Positions 29,541 to 38,412 of a stretch of 64,000 nt of DNA are shown piece after piece. The DNA is taken from NCBI GenBank assembly GCA_032161105.1, contig JAVHTD010000001.1. One strand, 5' to 3'. How positions within the stretch are numbered: position 1 is the first letter of the stretch; each line of letters starts with the position of its first letter. Both the position numbers and the translations under genes were made by a program. A model generated the notes under the pieces. It worked only from the letters and a program-made list of their open reading frames with translations, had not been told where the DNA came from and did no database searches. This stretch comes from Candidatus Thermosaccharophagus tengchongensis (lineage in GTDB: Bacteria; Armatimonadota; Fervidibacteria; Fervidibacterales; Thermosaccharophagaceae).

Positions 29541-31094
29541 TTACAGCGTCATGTTCACCTCAAGCGAGATGTAGTCGGCTCTCTCCCTTTCATCGCTCCA
29601 TGAACCGGCGTGAATTGGCTTCCCGCATCTTGGCGGCATGCCGCGAGTGTAGTGAATCCCGATGGAGAAGCTCGGGTTGATGTCGTAAAACAGCTGCGCT
29701 GCAAAATACGGCTCGCGATCGGGGCTCGTCTCCCTGCCGTGCTCCACCATAGCGCCAAGCAGCGCAATGTGCATCTTGGAGGAGAGAGGCAAGTCAAGCC
29801 TGCCGAATATGACCCTTGAGTTTGGTCCGATTGGGTAGCCAAGCGCCTCACCGCGATACTGGTAGTTGAGTTTTGCATTGCTGTGCGTGAAGGTGTTCCT
29901 GTCAAACTGAGCATATTCAACAACCAAACCAACGCGCTTCCTTAACGGGTCAAACGGCAGCTGTGCCCCAATGATGCATCCCATCTGTCTTTCGGCCGGC
30001 TTTGCAAGCCTAACATCATCAACGACCCATTCAAGGTATGCGCGCTTTCCGTCCTTATCAATCCATGTCACATCGGCGCTTACAAATATTTCATCGCTGT
30101 TTTCACTTCTGCCCATCCGAACGAGCAATCGCGATGCCGGATACAGCGGCAACACGAACGATGGCGGTGCCGGAAATGGCTTTGAAAGCTGCACCTCATT
30201 TGCACCGATGACGAAAGAGCCGAAAGCCTTCTCAAAGCGCCTCGCAAAAAGGAAGCGCCCTCCATGTTCGTCGCCATGCAAGTAAGCGAGCACTTGACGC
30301 ATTCGCACCCATCTCACAAATGGCAGCTTCAATCTGCCAGACCAGCTTATCGTCTCAATCGGATATGCTCCATCGTTGAGCAACCCGCCGCCAAGATATG
30401 CCGGACCGAATCGCTCATACTTCCTTCCGACATCCAGTCTCCCACCAAACAGGCTCGTTGAAACGAACGCAACATCAATGAGCGGTCTATCAAAGCTCTC
30501 AAACAGCGCCGTCTGGCGCATCGTGCTCAGCCCAATGTGTATGCCGGTCTTTCTATCCAAGCGCGAGGACAATCTCAGAGAGCCTTGATGGCGTATCATT
30601 GACCCATCGCCATTGAGCGGGAGCGATACAATCGGGCGCACGCGCAGGGCATACGATGTGAACACTTCCGTCGGCATCCGTTCATATTCCGTTGGCAGCG
30701 GCTCATCAGTGCGAAGTTCGTCACCAAATTGCGTTGCGAGTTGCCATAGGAGCAGTTTGTCCTCATCACCGCGAAGGTTAACGAAAGACCGCAAGTGACG
30801 CTCACCCTGAGTGGATGCTCTCGTATGCAGCGCCCTTGAAAGCAGGTTTGCAATTTGATGCCTCGTGTATGCTATGCCCGAATTGAAGTGCCTTTCGGAA
30901 TAGCCTTCAATCAGCCCAGCCCCAGCCAGCTTTGCGAGAGCATCGTATGCTACATCCTGTGGGCTGAGCACATCGCTGTGTGCGAGCCTCGGCTCTTCAA
31001 GCGTCTCGCCTTCGGGCAATTCGCAAATCGCCATCGGCTGCATGAACGCCACCACAGTTAACAACACAGCCATTCTCAAAAGCGCTTTCACCAT
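29541..31094 (-). CDS. SLH-like domain plus Wzi-like outer-membrane beta-barrel protein
   Basis: AYDALAKLAGAGLIEGY..TRHQIANLL (SLH-like); VGRK..RFGP, YLEWVVDD and LGYPIGPNS (Wzi-like). Confidence 0.7.
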   Translation of the reverse strand: MVKALLRMAVLLTVVAFMQPMAICELPEGETLEEPRLAHSDVLSPQDVAYDALAKLAGAGLIEGYSERHFNSGIAYTRHQIANLLSRALHTRASTQGERHLRSFVNLRGDEDKLLLWQLATQFGDELRTDEPLPTEYERMPTEVFTSYALRVRPIVSLPLNGDGSMIRHQGSLRLSSRLDRKTGIHIGLSTMRQTALFESFDRPLIDVAFVSTSLFGGRLDVGRKYERFGPAYLGGGLLNDGAYPIETISWSGRLKLPFVRWVRMRQVLAYLHGDEHGGRFLFARRFEKAFGSFVIGANEVQLSKPFPAPPSFVLPLYPASRLLVRMGRSENSDEIFVSADVTWIDKDGKRAYLEWVVDDVRLAKPAERQMGCIIGAQLPFDPLRKRVGLVVEYAQFDRNTFTHSNAKLNYQYRGEALGYPIGPNSRVIFGRLDLPLSSKMHIALLGAMVEHGRETSPDREPYFAAQLFYDINPSFSIGIHYTRGMPPRCGKPIHAGSWSDERERADYISLEVNMTL

Positions 31095-31204
31095 TTCCTC
31101 CTCACCACCCCCAAGTGCTTTTCACCAGCGCTAATTGCGGTGCTGCCAGTAAATTGTAATGTCGCCACGATTGCCAATGCAACCTCAATGCCGCATTCGG
31201 TCCA

Positions 31205-31380
31205 CCGGCAGCCTCGCCCTACGATGATGGGGTGAGTTCATTCCTCGGAGGGCATTCCTTCAGCGTGCCAAAATTGGCTAATGCGGAATTCACGGCAGTG
31301 CATCATCATGCCTCATCAGCTCATCAAATGGTTGTGGCGTAGCGGACATGGCGGGTTGTGAAGAGCCCTCTCGGACGCTC
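31205..31380. repeat. Degenerate REP-like elements in the divergent intergenic region
   Basis: CCTCGCCCTACG (GTAG-type end on the minus strand) and CGGAGGGCATTCCTTCAGCGTGCC (CGGA-type hairpin). Confidence 0.35.
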
Positions 31381-31406
31381 GCAGCATTGCAGCGTGGTGA
31401 TGCCAT

Positions 31407-31931
31407 GTGGCTATTAAGGTCGTCATTGAGAAGGTGTTTGAGAACATGGAGGAAGCGACCATAGGCAAGTGGCTGAAGCGTGAAGGCGATTATGTCAACG
31501 AGGGAGAACCGCTCGTTGAAATAATCACCGAGAAGGTCACATTTGAGATGGAGTCGCCATCAAGCGGCATACTCAGGCGAATTGTTGCCCCGGAAAAGAG
31601 CGTAGTCCCAGTCGGGTATGTCATTGCGCTCCTCGGTAGTAAGGATGAACCGCTTCCGGATGTTGATGAGGAGAACGAACGCCTGCTCAAGCGATGGCAA
31701 AGAGAACAGCTTTCAGTTGAGGGCGTCACGCCAGCCACATCAAGGGTCCAATCACTGCATGCTGGCATTCCATCCGAAAGTGCAAGGCGCGTCAGGGCAA
31801 CTCCAGCTGCAAGGAGGCTTGCAAGGGAACATGGAATCAACATTGAGGATGTGGCGAATGCATTGGGTGTTGAAATCGTCTCAGAGGCTGATGTGCGCCG
31901 CTACATTGATGAGCGCCGTGAAGCATCATGA
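31407..31931 (+). CDS. Stand-alone lipoyl domain plus E3-binding (PSBD) domain protein
   Basis: EATIGKWLKREGD..EIITEKVTFEMESP lipoyl domain; ATPAARRLAREHGI PSBD; no acyltransferase domain. Confidence 0.85.
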   Translation: MAIKVVIEKVFENMEEATIGKWLKREGDYVNEGEPLVEIITEKVTFEMESPSSGILRRIVAPEKSVVPVGYVIALLGSKDEPLPDVDEENERLLKRWQREQLSVEGVTPATSRVQSLHAGIPSESARRVRATPAARRLAREHGINIEDVANALGVEIVSEADVRRYIDERREAS

Positions 31932-34460
31932 GATGTCAATCAGCTCAATTCGCCCCTCAAACAGCCTCAGCACATTTTGGCGTAGCGCCCTATACTTCGG
32001 GTCTTGCAGGTGTGGGTCTTCCTCAACTATCCTGTGAGCGACTTGCCTTGCGAGGATGAGCAAGTCAACATCGTTTATGATATCGGCTATCTTTAAGTCC
32101 GGCAGACCGTGTTGCCTCGTCCCGTAAAATTCACCCGGACCGCGAATGCGCAGGTCTTCTTCGGCAATCTCAAAGCCATCATTTGTGCGCACCATCACCT
32201 CAAGTCTTCTCCTTGCATCATCGCTTGATGGCGAGCCGATGAGGAAACAGTAGCTTTGAAATGTGCTCCTTCTGACTCGTCCCCTGAGTTGATGAAGTTG
32301 TGCCAAGCCAAACCTGTGCGCATCCTCAATCACGATGACCGTAGCGTTTGGGACATCCACACCAACTTCTATCACAGTCGTCGTTGTGAGAACATTTATC
32401 TCACCGCGCCTGAATGCGTCCATGACCGAATCTTTTTCATGTGTCGGGAGGCGACCATGCAATACGCCGACCCTATATTCGGGGAAGACCTCCCGCTGCA
32501 ACCATTCGGCATGCCTGACAACAGCATCCACATCCTCAAGCTTCTCCGATTCTTCAATCAGCGGGCAGACTACATATGCCTGTCGCCCCTTCTCAAGTTC
32601 CTGTTGGACGAACCGATAGGCTAAGTGCCTTTTCTCCTTTCTCACCCACCTTGTTATCACCGGCTTCCTACCGGGTGGCAGCTCGCGCAGCACCGAAACA
32701 TCCAAGTCACCGTAGACGGTCAGGGCGAGCGTCCTCGGTATTGGCGTTGCAGTCATGACAAGGACATCGGGGCAAATACCTTTGCGTATCAAGTTTGCGC
32801 GTTGCATCACACCAAAGCGGTGTTGCTCGTCCACGATCACCAAGCCAAGGTTTTTGAAATTCACATCCTCCTGAATGAGAGCGTGCGTCCCAACGATTAT
32901 TGAGGCATCGCCGAGTTCAATTCTCCTCCTCGCCTTTTTCTTCTCCTTTGGCGACAGGCTGCCGATGAGCAGCGTGACATCAACCCCAAACGGCTGAAAG
33001 AGCTCAAGCAGGACGCGGTAATGCTGCTCTGCGAGTATCTCCGTCGGAGCCATAAACGCGCTCTGGTAGCCGTTGAGCACAGCTGTGTAAAGAGCAACTG
33101 CCGCAACTATGGTCTTTCCCGAGCCGACCTCACCGTGAAGGAGCCTGTTCATCGGCTGTGGTGATGCCATGTCCCTGTGTATTTCCGCGATGGCTCTCTT
33201 CTGCGAAGCCGTCAGCTCAAACGGGAATGAGCTTATGAACTCTTGAATCTGTGGCATGTCCGTCTTGAATGCGATGCCCTGCCGCTTCTTGAAACCCCTC
33301 TCCCTCAGCGCAAGCGCAAGTTGCATCAAGAGAAACTCCTCAAACACGAGCCTCCTTCTCGCCCCTTGCAGTTTGTGCATGTCATCTGGGAAGTGAATTT
33401 GCCTGAAGGCTTCCCTCAACGGCATCAGGTTGTGCACTGTGAGCAATTCGCTTGGGAGCGTCTCCTCAATTGTCCAGCCCAATGTCTCCAGAGTGTTGTG
33501 GACGAGCTGCCTGACAAAGTTTTGCGTCAGACCCTGAGTAAGCGGGTATATTGGGACGATGCGCCCAATTTGAAGCCAGCTCTCCTCCCCAGCCGGCTCA
33601 ATCTCTGGCATGACGACGCAAAGGCTGTGCATAAACCTTTGCACCTTGCCATAGGCAAACAGCTTCATCCTCGGAAATAGCTGTGCCTCACGAAATGGTT
33701 GATTGAACCATACGAGGAAGGCACTGCCAGTTTGGTCTGCCACTGGCACCTTCGTTATCGTTATGTTCCTTCGCCTCTCCGTCCTCGGGTAGCCGGTGAT
33801 GGTTACGAAGATGCATTCCTTCTCTCCCGGGGTCAGTTGCGATAGCGTTTTAATCTGTGTTCTGTCCTCATGCCTCCTCGGAAAGAGCGTTAGCAAGTCG
33901 CCGACTTTCTCAACCCCGAGGCGTTTCAGGAGCGCTGCTCGCTTTTGTCCGACACCGTGAAGGTATTGCACCGGCTTTTCAAGCACATCCTTATCGGGCG
34001 CTTCAACCTTGCCGCTTGCGCGCCCTTGATCCGCATGCGGCTTAACCGCTGTGTGGCGCGCTGTGACACCCGCTCTTTGAGATGCAACAGCTGAGCGAGT
34101 TATAGCTTGCACTGCCGACTGGCTGAGTTGGCTTGCGCTTTCCTCTGTGACGGGTGCATGGCAAGTTAGCGCGCTAAGTTCTCTCACTATTTGCTCCGCC
34201 TCATTCACCCTCCTTTGGCGCTCTACGACGCTCAAGACATCGTAGCCTTCAAAGAGCGAAATCAGTCGGCGCAGCATCTCCGCCACTTTATCGTGCGTGG
34301 CTAACTCAAGCGCCCTTCTCGCCCAAAGCCGCATATACTGCCCGAAGCCGCCTATGACGGACAGGTCTCGGTAACCCATATTTCGCTCAACAGGTATTGG
34401 TTTAGCGAGCTTGTCAACTATTTCCCGAAGCGCCACATCCAAGCCCTTTAAATCACTCAT
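31926..34460 (-). CDS. recG: ATP-dependent DNA helicase RecG with N-terminal extension
   Basis: MNRLLHGEVGSGKT, DEQHRFG, MTATPIPRTL, QLHQLRGRV, DLRIRGPGE. Confidence 0.97.
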   Translation of the reverse strand: MSDLKGLDVALREIVDKLAKPIPVERNMGYRDLSVIGGFGQYMRLWARRALELATHDKVAEMLRRLISLFEGYDVLSVVERQRRVNEAEQIVRELSALTCHAPVTEESASQLSQSAVQAITRSAVASQRAGVTARHTAVKPHADQGRASGKVEAPDKDVLEKPVQYLHGVGQKRAALLKRLGVEKVGDLLTLFPRRHEDRTQIKTLSQLTPGEKECIFVTITGYPRTERRRNITITKVPVADQTGSAFLVWFNQPFREAQLFPRMKLFAYGKVQRFMHSLCVVMPEIEPAGEESWLQIGRIVPIYPLTQGLTQNFVRQLVHNTLETLGWTIEETLPSELLTVHNLMPLREAFRQIHFPDDMHKLQGARRRLVFEEFLLMQLALALRERGFKKRQGIAFKTDMPQIQEFISSFPFELTASQKRAIAEIHRDMASPQPMNRLLHGEVGSGKTIVAAVALYTAVLNGYQSAFMAPTEILAEQHYRVLLELFQPFGVDVTLLIGSLSPKEKKKARRRIELGDASIIVGTHALIQEDVNFKNLGLVIVDEQHRFGVMQRANLIRKGICPDVLVMTATPIPRTLALTVYGDLDVSVLRELPPGRKPVITRWVRKEKRHLAYRFVQQELEKGRQAYVVCPLIEESEKLEDVDAVVRHAEWLQREVFPEYRVGVLHGRLPTHEKDSVMDAFRRGEINVLTTTTVIEVGVDVPNATVIVIEDAHRFGLAQLHQLRGRVRRSTFQSYCFLIGSPSSDDARRRLEVMVRTNDGFEIAEEDLRIRGPGEFYGTRQHGLPDLKIADIINDVDLLILARQVAHRIVEEDPHLQDPKYRALRQNVLRLFEGRIELIDIS

Positions 34461-34653
34461 GGTGGCACCGCCCACTTTAAGGCAGCATTTTGAAGCCCGA
34501 AGAAAACCCCTCCAACAATGTTTGTCATCGCCGGATTGCATCTTCAGCACGCCGATGGTGATGCAAGTCAGCAGTTTTAAAACTATCGCTATCCATTATT
34601 GTTAGCGCAAGGGCAAAGAGCCGTAATGATGAACTCAATTTGATGGCGGTGTT

Positions 34654-34711
34654 TGGACAAGTTATCGTGTGTCCACTTACTCATGCTGTCATGCCACTTT
34701 AACAAGTGGCA
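34654..34711. promoter_or_regulatory. Two inverted repeats, candidate operators
   Basis: TGGACA-N10-TGTCCA (34654-34675) and perfect TGCCACTT-TAAC-AAGTGGCA (34692-34711), between the divergent recG and KaiC-like module. Confidence 0.4.
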
Positions 34712-34924
34712 CAATTTGTGTTGGGTGCCCGGTGCCCTCAAAGCATGTTTATCGGGTTGAGGTGTTGGAGTGTTTACCATGGCTGGTAAGTTGCTCGCCA
34801 TCATGATGCTCATTATTGCTTATGCGTCAAAGTTATTGAGCGTGTATGTTGTGGGTATAGAGGCGCATTGTGGCGAAGGCGAGTATCCATCAAAGACAAA
34901 AGCTGCTTTGGGGGCAGGGCGAAA

Positions 34925-35278
34925 GTGGATGCTTGCAAGGGCAAGTCAGCGGCTCAGATTGCTTTGATAGCGGACTCAATAGTGAAGGTGGAGTTGCTGC
35001 TTTTCTTTCATTCAAACCCGATGGCGATGGATACCGCAAGAGGGCTCTCAATGTGGCTTGGAATGGACATGAGGGCAGTTGAGAAAGCCGCAGACGAACT
35101 TGCCGATGCAATGGTGTTAAAGCGTTACGGCGAGGGGGAAGATGCTGTTTACACGCTTACTGACGATCCTGAGGTGAAAAGGGCGGTTGTAGAGTTTGTC
35201 TCAACGGTGCTCTCATCCAAGGAGAAGCGAAGTGCATTTCTAAGGCGGCTCCTTTGCGAGGAGGCGAAGGGCAGATGA
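34925..35278 (+). CDS. Small hypothetical protein, probable winged helix-turn-helix
   Basis: LLLFFHSNP..DTARGLSMWLG..VEKAADELADAMVLKR..YTLT wHTH pattern; ATGA overlap with the KaiC-like gene. Confidence 0.7.
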   Translation: MDACKGKSAAQIALIADSIVKVELLLFFHSNPMAMDTARGLSMWLGMDMRAVEKAADELADAMVLKRYGEGEDAVYTLTDDPEVKRAVVEFVSTVLSSKEKRSAFLRRLLCEEAKGR

Positions 35279-36783
35279 TCAGTGACGAGTTTGTGCGGAC
35301 TGGCATACCCGGTGTTGACGAAATTCTCATGGGTGGCATATTGCGCGGAGATACGATACTCGTTCAAGGTGCACCGGGCACTGGCAAGACGACATTTGGG
35401 CTGCAGTTTATTTACTATGGCGCCCTCCACTGCAACGAGCCCGGTCTCATAGTCACATTTGAGCAGTTCCCAAAACAGATGCTCCGTGATGCAAAGCACT
35501 TTGGTTGGGACTTTGAGACGCTGATTGAGCAGAGGAAAATTCACATCATAGCCACATCGCCGCATGTGTTTCAAAAGCAGCTTCAAAGCCCCGATGGCAT
35601 CATCCACAGAACGCTTGCGGAGATGGACATACAGAGGGTGTTCATAGACAGCATAACGCATTTTCAGCGCATCACGACGGATGAAGTCCAGTTGAGGGAG
35701 ATGGTGAGCGGTCTTTTGAACATGCTCAGGCAGCGCGAGATAACAGCCATCCTCACGCAGGAAGTCCAGCAGGCTGAGCAATCCTTCACATTTGAGGAAT
35801 ACACAGTTGATGCGGTCATAAGGCTTTCACTTGAGCCCGTGGACAGAGCTCAAAGGAAACGCTTCATAGAGGTGCTCAAAGCGAGGGGACAGGCTTTCCT
35901 TCCGGGGAGGCACAGCTTAGCCATTGAATCAACAGGAATAAGGGTTTACCCGGCACCGCATCCCATCCTCATCTCCACCGACGGAGCTGACAATGAGCCA
36001 CCCTCGCTGACGAGGATAAGAAGCGGTGTTCCGGGGCTTGACAGGATGCTCGGTGGCGGTCTCTATGAGGGCTTTTGCGTGCTCCTCGCAGGCGATGTCG
36101 GTGCCGGCAAGTCAATACTCGCGCGCCAATTCATTGCGTATGGAGCGCAGCATAACGAAAGGGGATTGTATGTCACGATTAGGGAAACACCTGAGCAAGT
36201 GATACGCGCTGCCGAGACGATCGGGTTGGAGTTGCGCCCGTTGATTGAAAATGACATGTTCACAATGCTCCATTACAGCCTCGGCGACTTGGACCCATAC
36301 AAAATCTTTTGGGACATACGCAATCTTGTGAGCAGCAAGCCGTTCAAAAGGGCTGTGATTGACAGCCTCTCAGACATTCAGCCAAACTTGATGGAGGCAG
36401 CCACATTCAGGGATTATGTTGCGGCGCTGCGCCAGCTATTCCGCTCACACGGCATAACCTCCATGCTCACATTTGATATTCGCCCGACGACGGTAGAGCA
36501 AGAGTTGATTGAATCGGAGATAGCTGTTGTCGTTGATGCCATACTTGCCCTCAGGCTGAGGAACATCCATGACCACATGCGCAAGACCATAACCGTGCTC
36601 AAGATGAGGGGTAGCGACCATGACGATGGGATAAGGAGTATGAGGATTGAGCCGGGCGAAGGAATGATCGTTGAGACCGGCTTTGAGGGCATGCCATCTT
36701 TCCTGAGGCGATTGCAGCAGCTCTCAATGGAGGTCGCGCGCGGGCGGCAAGGGTTTGAAACGGAAGGTTCAGAGGCACAGTAG
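35275..36783 (+). CDS. Double-domain KaiC-like (RecA-superfamily) ATPase
   Basis: TGIPGVDEILMGG..GAPGTGKTT..IDSIT..VLKARG, then SGVPGLDRMLGGG..GDVGAGKS..IDSLS..VLKMRGSDHD. Confidence 0.93.
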   Translation: MISDEFVRTGIPGVDEILMGGILRGDTILVQGAPGTGKTTFGLQFIYYGALHCNEPGLIVTFEQFPKQMLRDAKHFGWDFETLIEQRKIHIIATSPHVFQKQLQSPDGIIHRTLAEMDIQRVFIDSITHFQRITTDEVQLREMVSGLLNMLRQREITAILTQEVQQAEQSFTFEEYTVDAVIRLSLEPVDRAQRKRFIEVLKARGQAFLPGRHSLAIESTGIRVYPAPHPILISTDGADNEPPSLTRIRSGVPGLDRMLGGGLYEGFCVLLAGDVGAGKSILARQFIAYGAQHNERGLYVTIRETPEQVIRAAETIGLELRPLIENDMFTMLHYSLGDLDPYKIFWDIRNLVSSKPFKRAVIDSLSDIQPNLMEAATFRDYVAALRQLFRSHGITSMLTFDIRPTTVEQELIESEIAVVVDAILALRLRNIHDHMRKTITVLKMRGSDHDDGIRSMRIEPGEGMIVETGFEGMPSFLRRLQQLSMEVARGRQGFETEGSEAQ

Positions 36784-36892
36784 TCGTTAAGGTAAGCTTG
36801 CATTGCGATATATGCCCGCCACATGGCGCATCACGAAGGGCGCATTTTTCCTCGCATCGTTCCCACATCGTTTCAAGGAGGGAGACTCTTCA

Positions 36893-37459
36893 ATGGGTGA
36901 GCTGGTTGGCGGGGCTGCGGTTAATGAATTTTTGCTTAAGGCGCTTGCAGCCGTTCTCATCGGCATAGCGCTTGAGGCAATTGGGCTTCTGTTGGGCAAA
37001 CTGATTGAGCGGATGCTTAAAGGTTCGCTTGGCTACCGTGAGGCGCGAGACAAGCAATGGTATGTCATTAGGCGAAGGCGATTGCTCTTATTGCCACAGT
37101 GGTTCATTCGCTGTTCGCTGATGCTGCTCGCCATCTTCATTGCGCTTGAGATATTTGATCTCCCGATCCTGCCGTTTACGGCTTGGCTGGCTGTAACATC
37201 ATTAACTGCCGTGCTCGCCCTGCGCAGGCTGATTGAAAATGCGATAGCATGCTACATACTCATGCTTGAGGATGTGATTGGCGTTGGCGACAGGGTGCGC
37301 ATGGGTAACTGTTGGGCGACCGTTGAGCACATTGGTTGGTTTGTGACGAAGCTAAGGGATGACGATGGTTTAACGCACACGGTGATGAATTCGTTCCTTG
37401 TGCAGCTGATGCGAGCAGCTGATGGTGCCCACGGGAAGGGCAATACAGCCATGCGGTGA
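36893..37459 (+). CDS. Short MscS-family mechanosensitive channel protein
   Basis: Three hydrophobic helices followed by IGVGDRVRMG..VEHIGWFVTKLRDDDG..VMNS; SD AAGGAGG. Confidence 0.75.
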   Translation: MGELVGGAAVNEFLLKALAAVLIGIALEAIGLLLGKLIERMLKGSLGYREARDKQWYVIRRRRLLLLPQWFIRCSLMLLAIFIALEIFDLPILPFTAWLAVTSLTAVLALRRLIENAIACYILMLEDVIGVGDRVRMGNCWATVEHIGWFVTKLRDDDGLTHTVMNSFLVQLMRAADGAHGKGNTAMR

Positions 37460-37532
37460 TAGCCCTCGGCAACGGCGATAAGTGCACCGCGAATTGGCAG
37501 CGTGGCATACTATGGTTGCGGAGGGGCAAGAT

Positions 37533-37691
37533 ATGGCTAAGATAAAAGTTGACTGGGAGAAGTTGAAGGAGTTCTCGCCGGAGAATTTGCTTGCACTTGA
37601 GCGTGAGCTTATGGAAGCCGTAAAGCGCGAGTGGGAGGAGAGAAGGCAGGCTCGCTTGCAAAGCCAAGGTGAGGAAAAACGCAAGAAGTAG
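37533..37691 (+). CDS. Small hypothetical protein (52 aa)
   Basis: SD GGAGGGG; MAKIKVDWEKLKEFSPENLLALERELMEAVKREWEERRQ..., charged and helical. Confidence 0.65.
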   Translation: MAKIKVDWEKLKEFSPENLLALERELMEAVKREWEERRQARLQSQGEEKRKK

Positions 37692-37729
37692 GTGTGTATT
37701 AGCTTCAGTGCTGGCGGCTTTCAAGCGGT

Positions 37730-37801
37730 GGCGGCGTAGCTCAGCGGTAGAGCAAGGGAATCATAATCCCTGGGTCCGGGGTTCGAATCCCCGCGCCGCC
37801 A
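37730..37801 (+). tRNA. tRNA with CAT anticodon (probably elongator tRNA-Met); CCA not encoded
   Basis: Acceptor stem GGCGGCG/CGCCGCC-A, D arm GCTC..GAGC, anticodon arm AGGGA-ATCATAA-TCCCT, T loop GGTTCGAATCC. Confidence 0.95.
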
Positions 37802-37850
37802 CTTTTGTGATATTGCTGCATGGCAGTTTGAGGTGACATGAAAGAAACTC

Positions 37851-38378
37851 ATGCGACCACGAGATGAGAATAGGAAGGCTGAGGCGAGGGAAGGAAGAGA
37901 CAAGCCGGATGAAATTGAGCAGCTGCGCAAGTTGCTCCAGTTGATGGAACAGTTTGGGCTCAGCGAACTCATCATTGAGGAAAGGGACTTCATGGTGTGC
38001 CTTAGAAGGGGCATTGCAACTCAAGGTGATGTCCGCGTTGAGAGGAGGCAGGCTGTGCCCTATAGCACTCCCACTCCAGTTGGGCAGGTTGGCTTGGCGG
38101 CTTTTCAAGCTGAGCCGCCCGGGGAGCTGCATTATATCTCCTCGCCGTTAACCGGCATTTTCTACCGTCGTCCGGCTCCGAATGAGCCTCCATTTGTTGA
38201 AGTTGGCACACATGTTGGAGCTGGACAGGTGGTGGCACTCGTTGAGGCGATGAAGATTTTCAATGAGGTGTTTTGCGAGGTTGATGGCATAGTTGTGGAG
38301 ATTTGCGCTCAGGATGGACAGCTTGTCCATCAGGGCGATACGCTCATGGTTGTCAGGAGGGTCAAACAGCCAAGTTAA
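37851..38378 (+). CDS. accB: Acetyl-CoA carboxylase biotin carboxyl carrier protein
   Basis: SPLTGIFYRRPAP..PFVEVG..VEAMKIFNEV. Confidence 0.92.
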   Translation: MRPRDENRKAEAREGRDKPDEIEQLRKLLQLMEQFGLSELIIEERDFMVCLRRGIATQGDVRVERRQAVPYSTPTPVGQVGLAAFQAEPPGELHYISSPLTGIFYRRPAPNEPPFVEVGTHVGAGQVVALVEAMKIFNEVFCEVDGIVVEICAQDGQLVHQGDTLMVVRRVKQPS

Positions 38379-38412
38379 GCCACCAAGCACAATTTTGAAG
38401 GGGAGAGGCACT

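Noticed and set aside
34707..34723. Sigma-54 promoter (TGGCAC...)
   Set aside because: The -12 TTGC element is absent at the required spacing.
34589..34967. Small ORFs or a riboswitch in the recG-KaiC intergenic region
   Set aside because: No SD or protein motifs, and no riboswitch consensus that I recognise; only the palindromes are retained.
35275..36783. Circadian clock kaiC
   Set aside because: No kaiA/kaiB in the window and no CII Ser/Thr phosphosites, so the gene symbol is withheld.
37730..37801. tRNA as the integration site of a genomic island
   Set aside because: No integrase, no duplicated tRNA 3' end noticed, and housekeeping genes follow directly.
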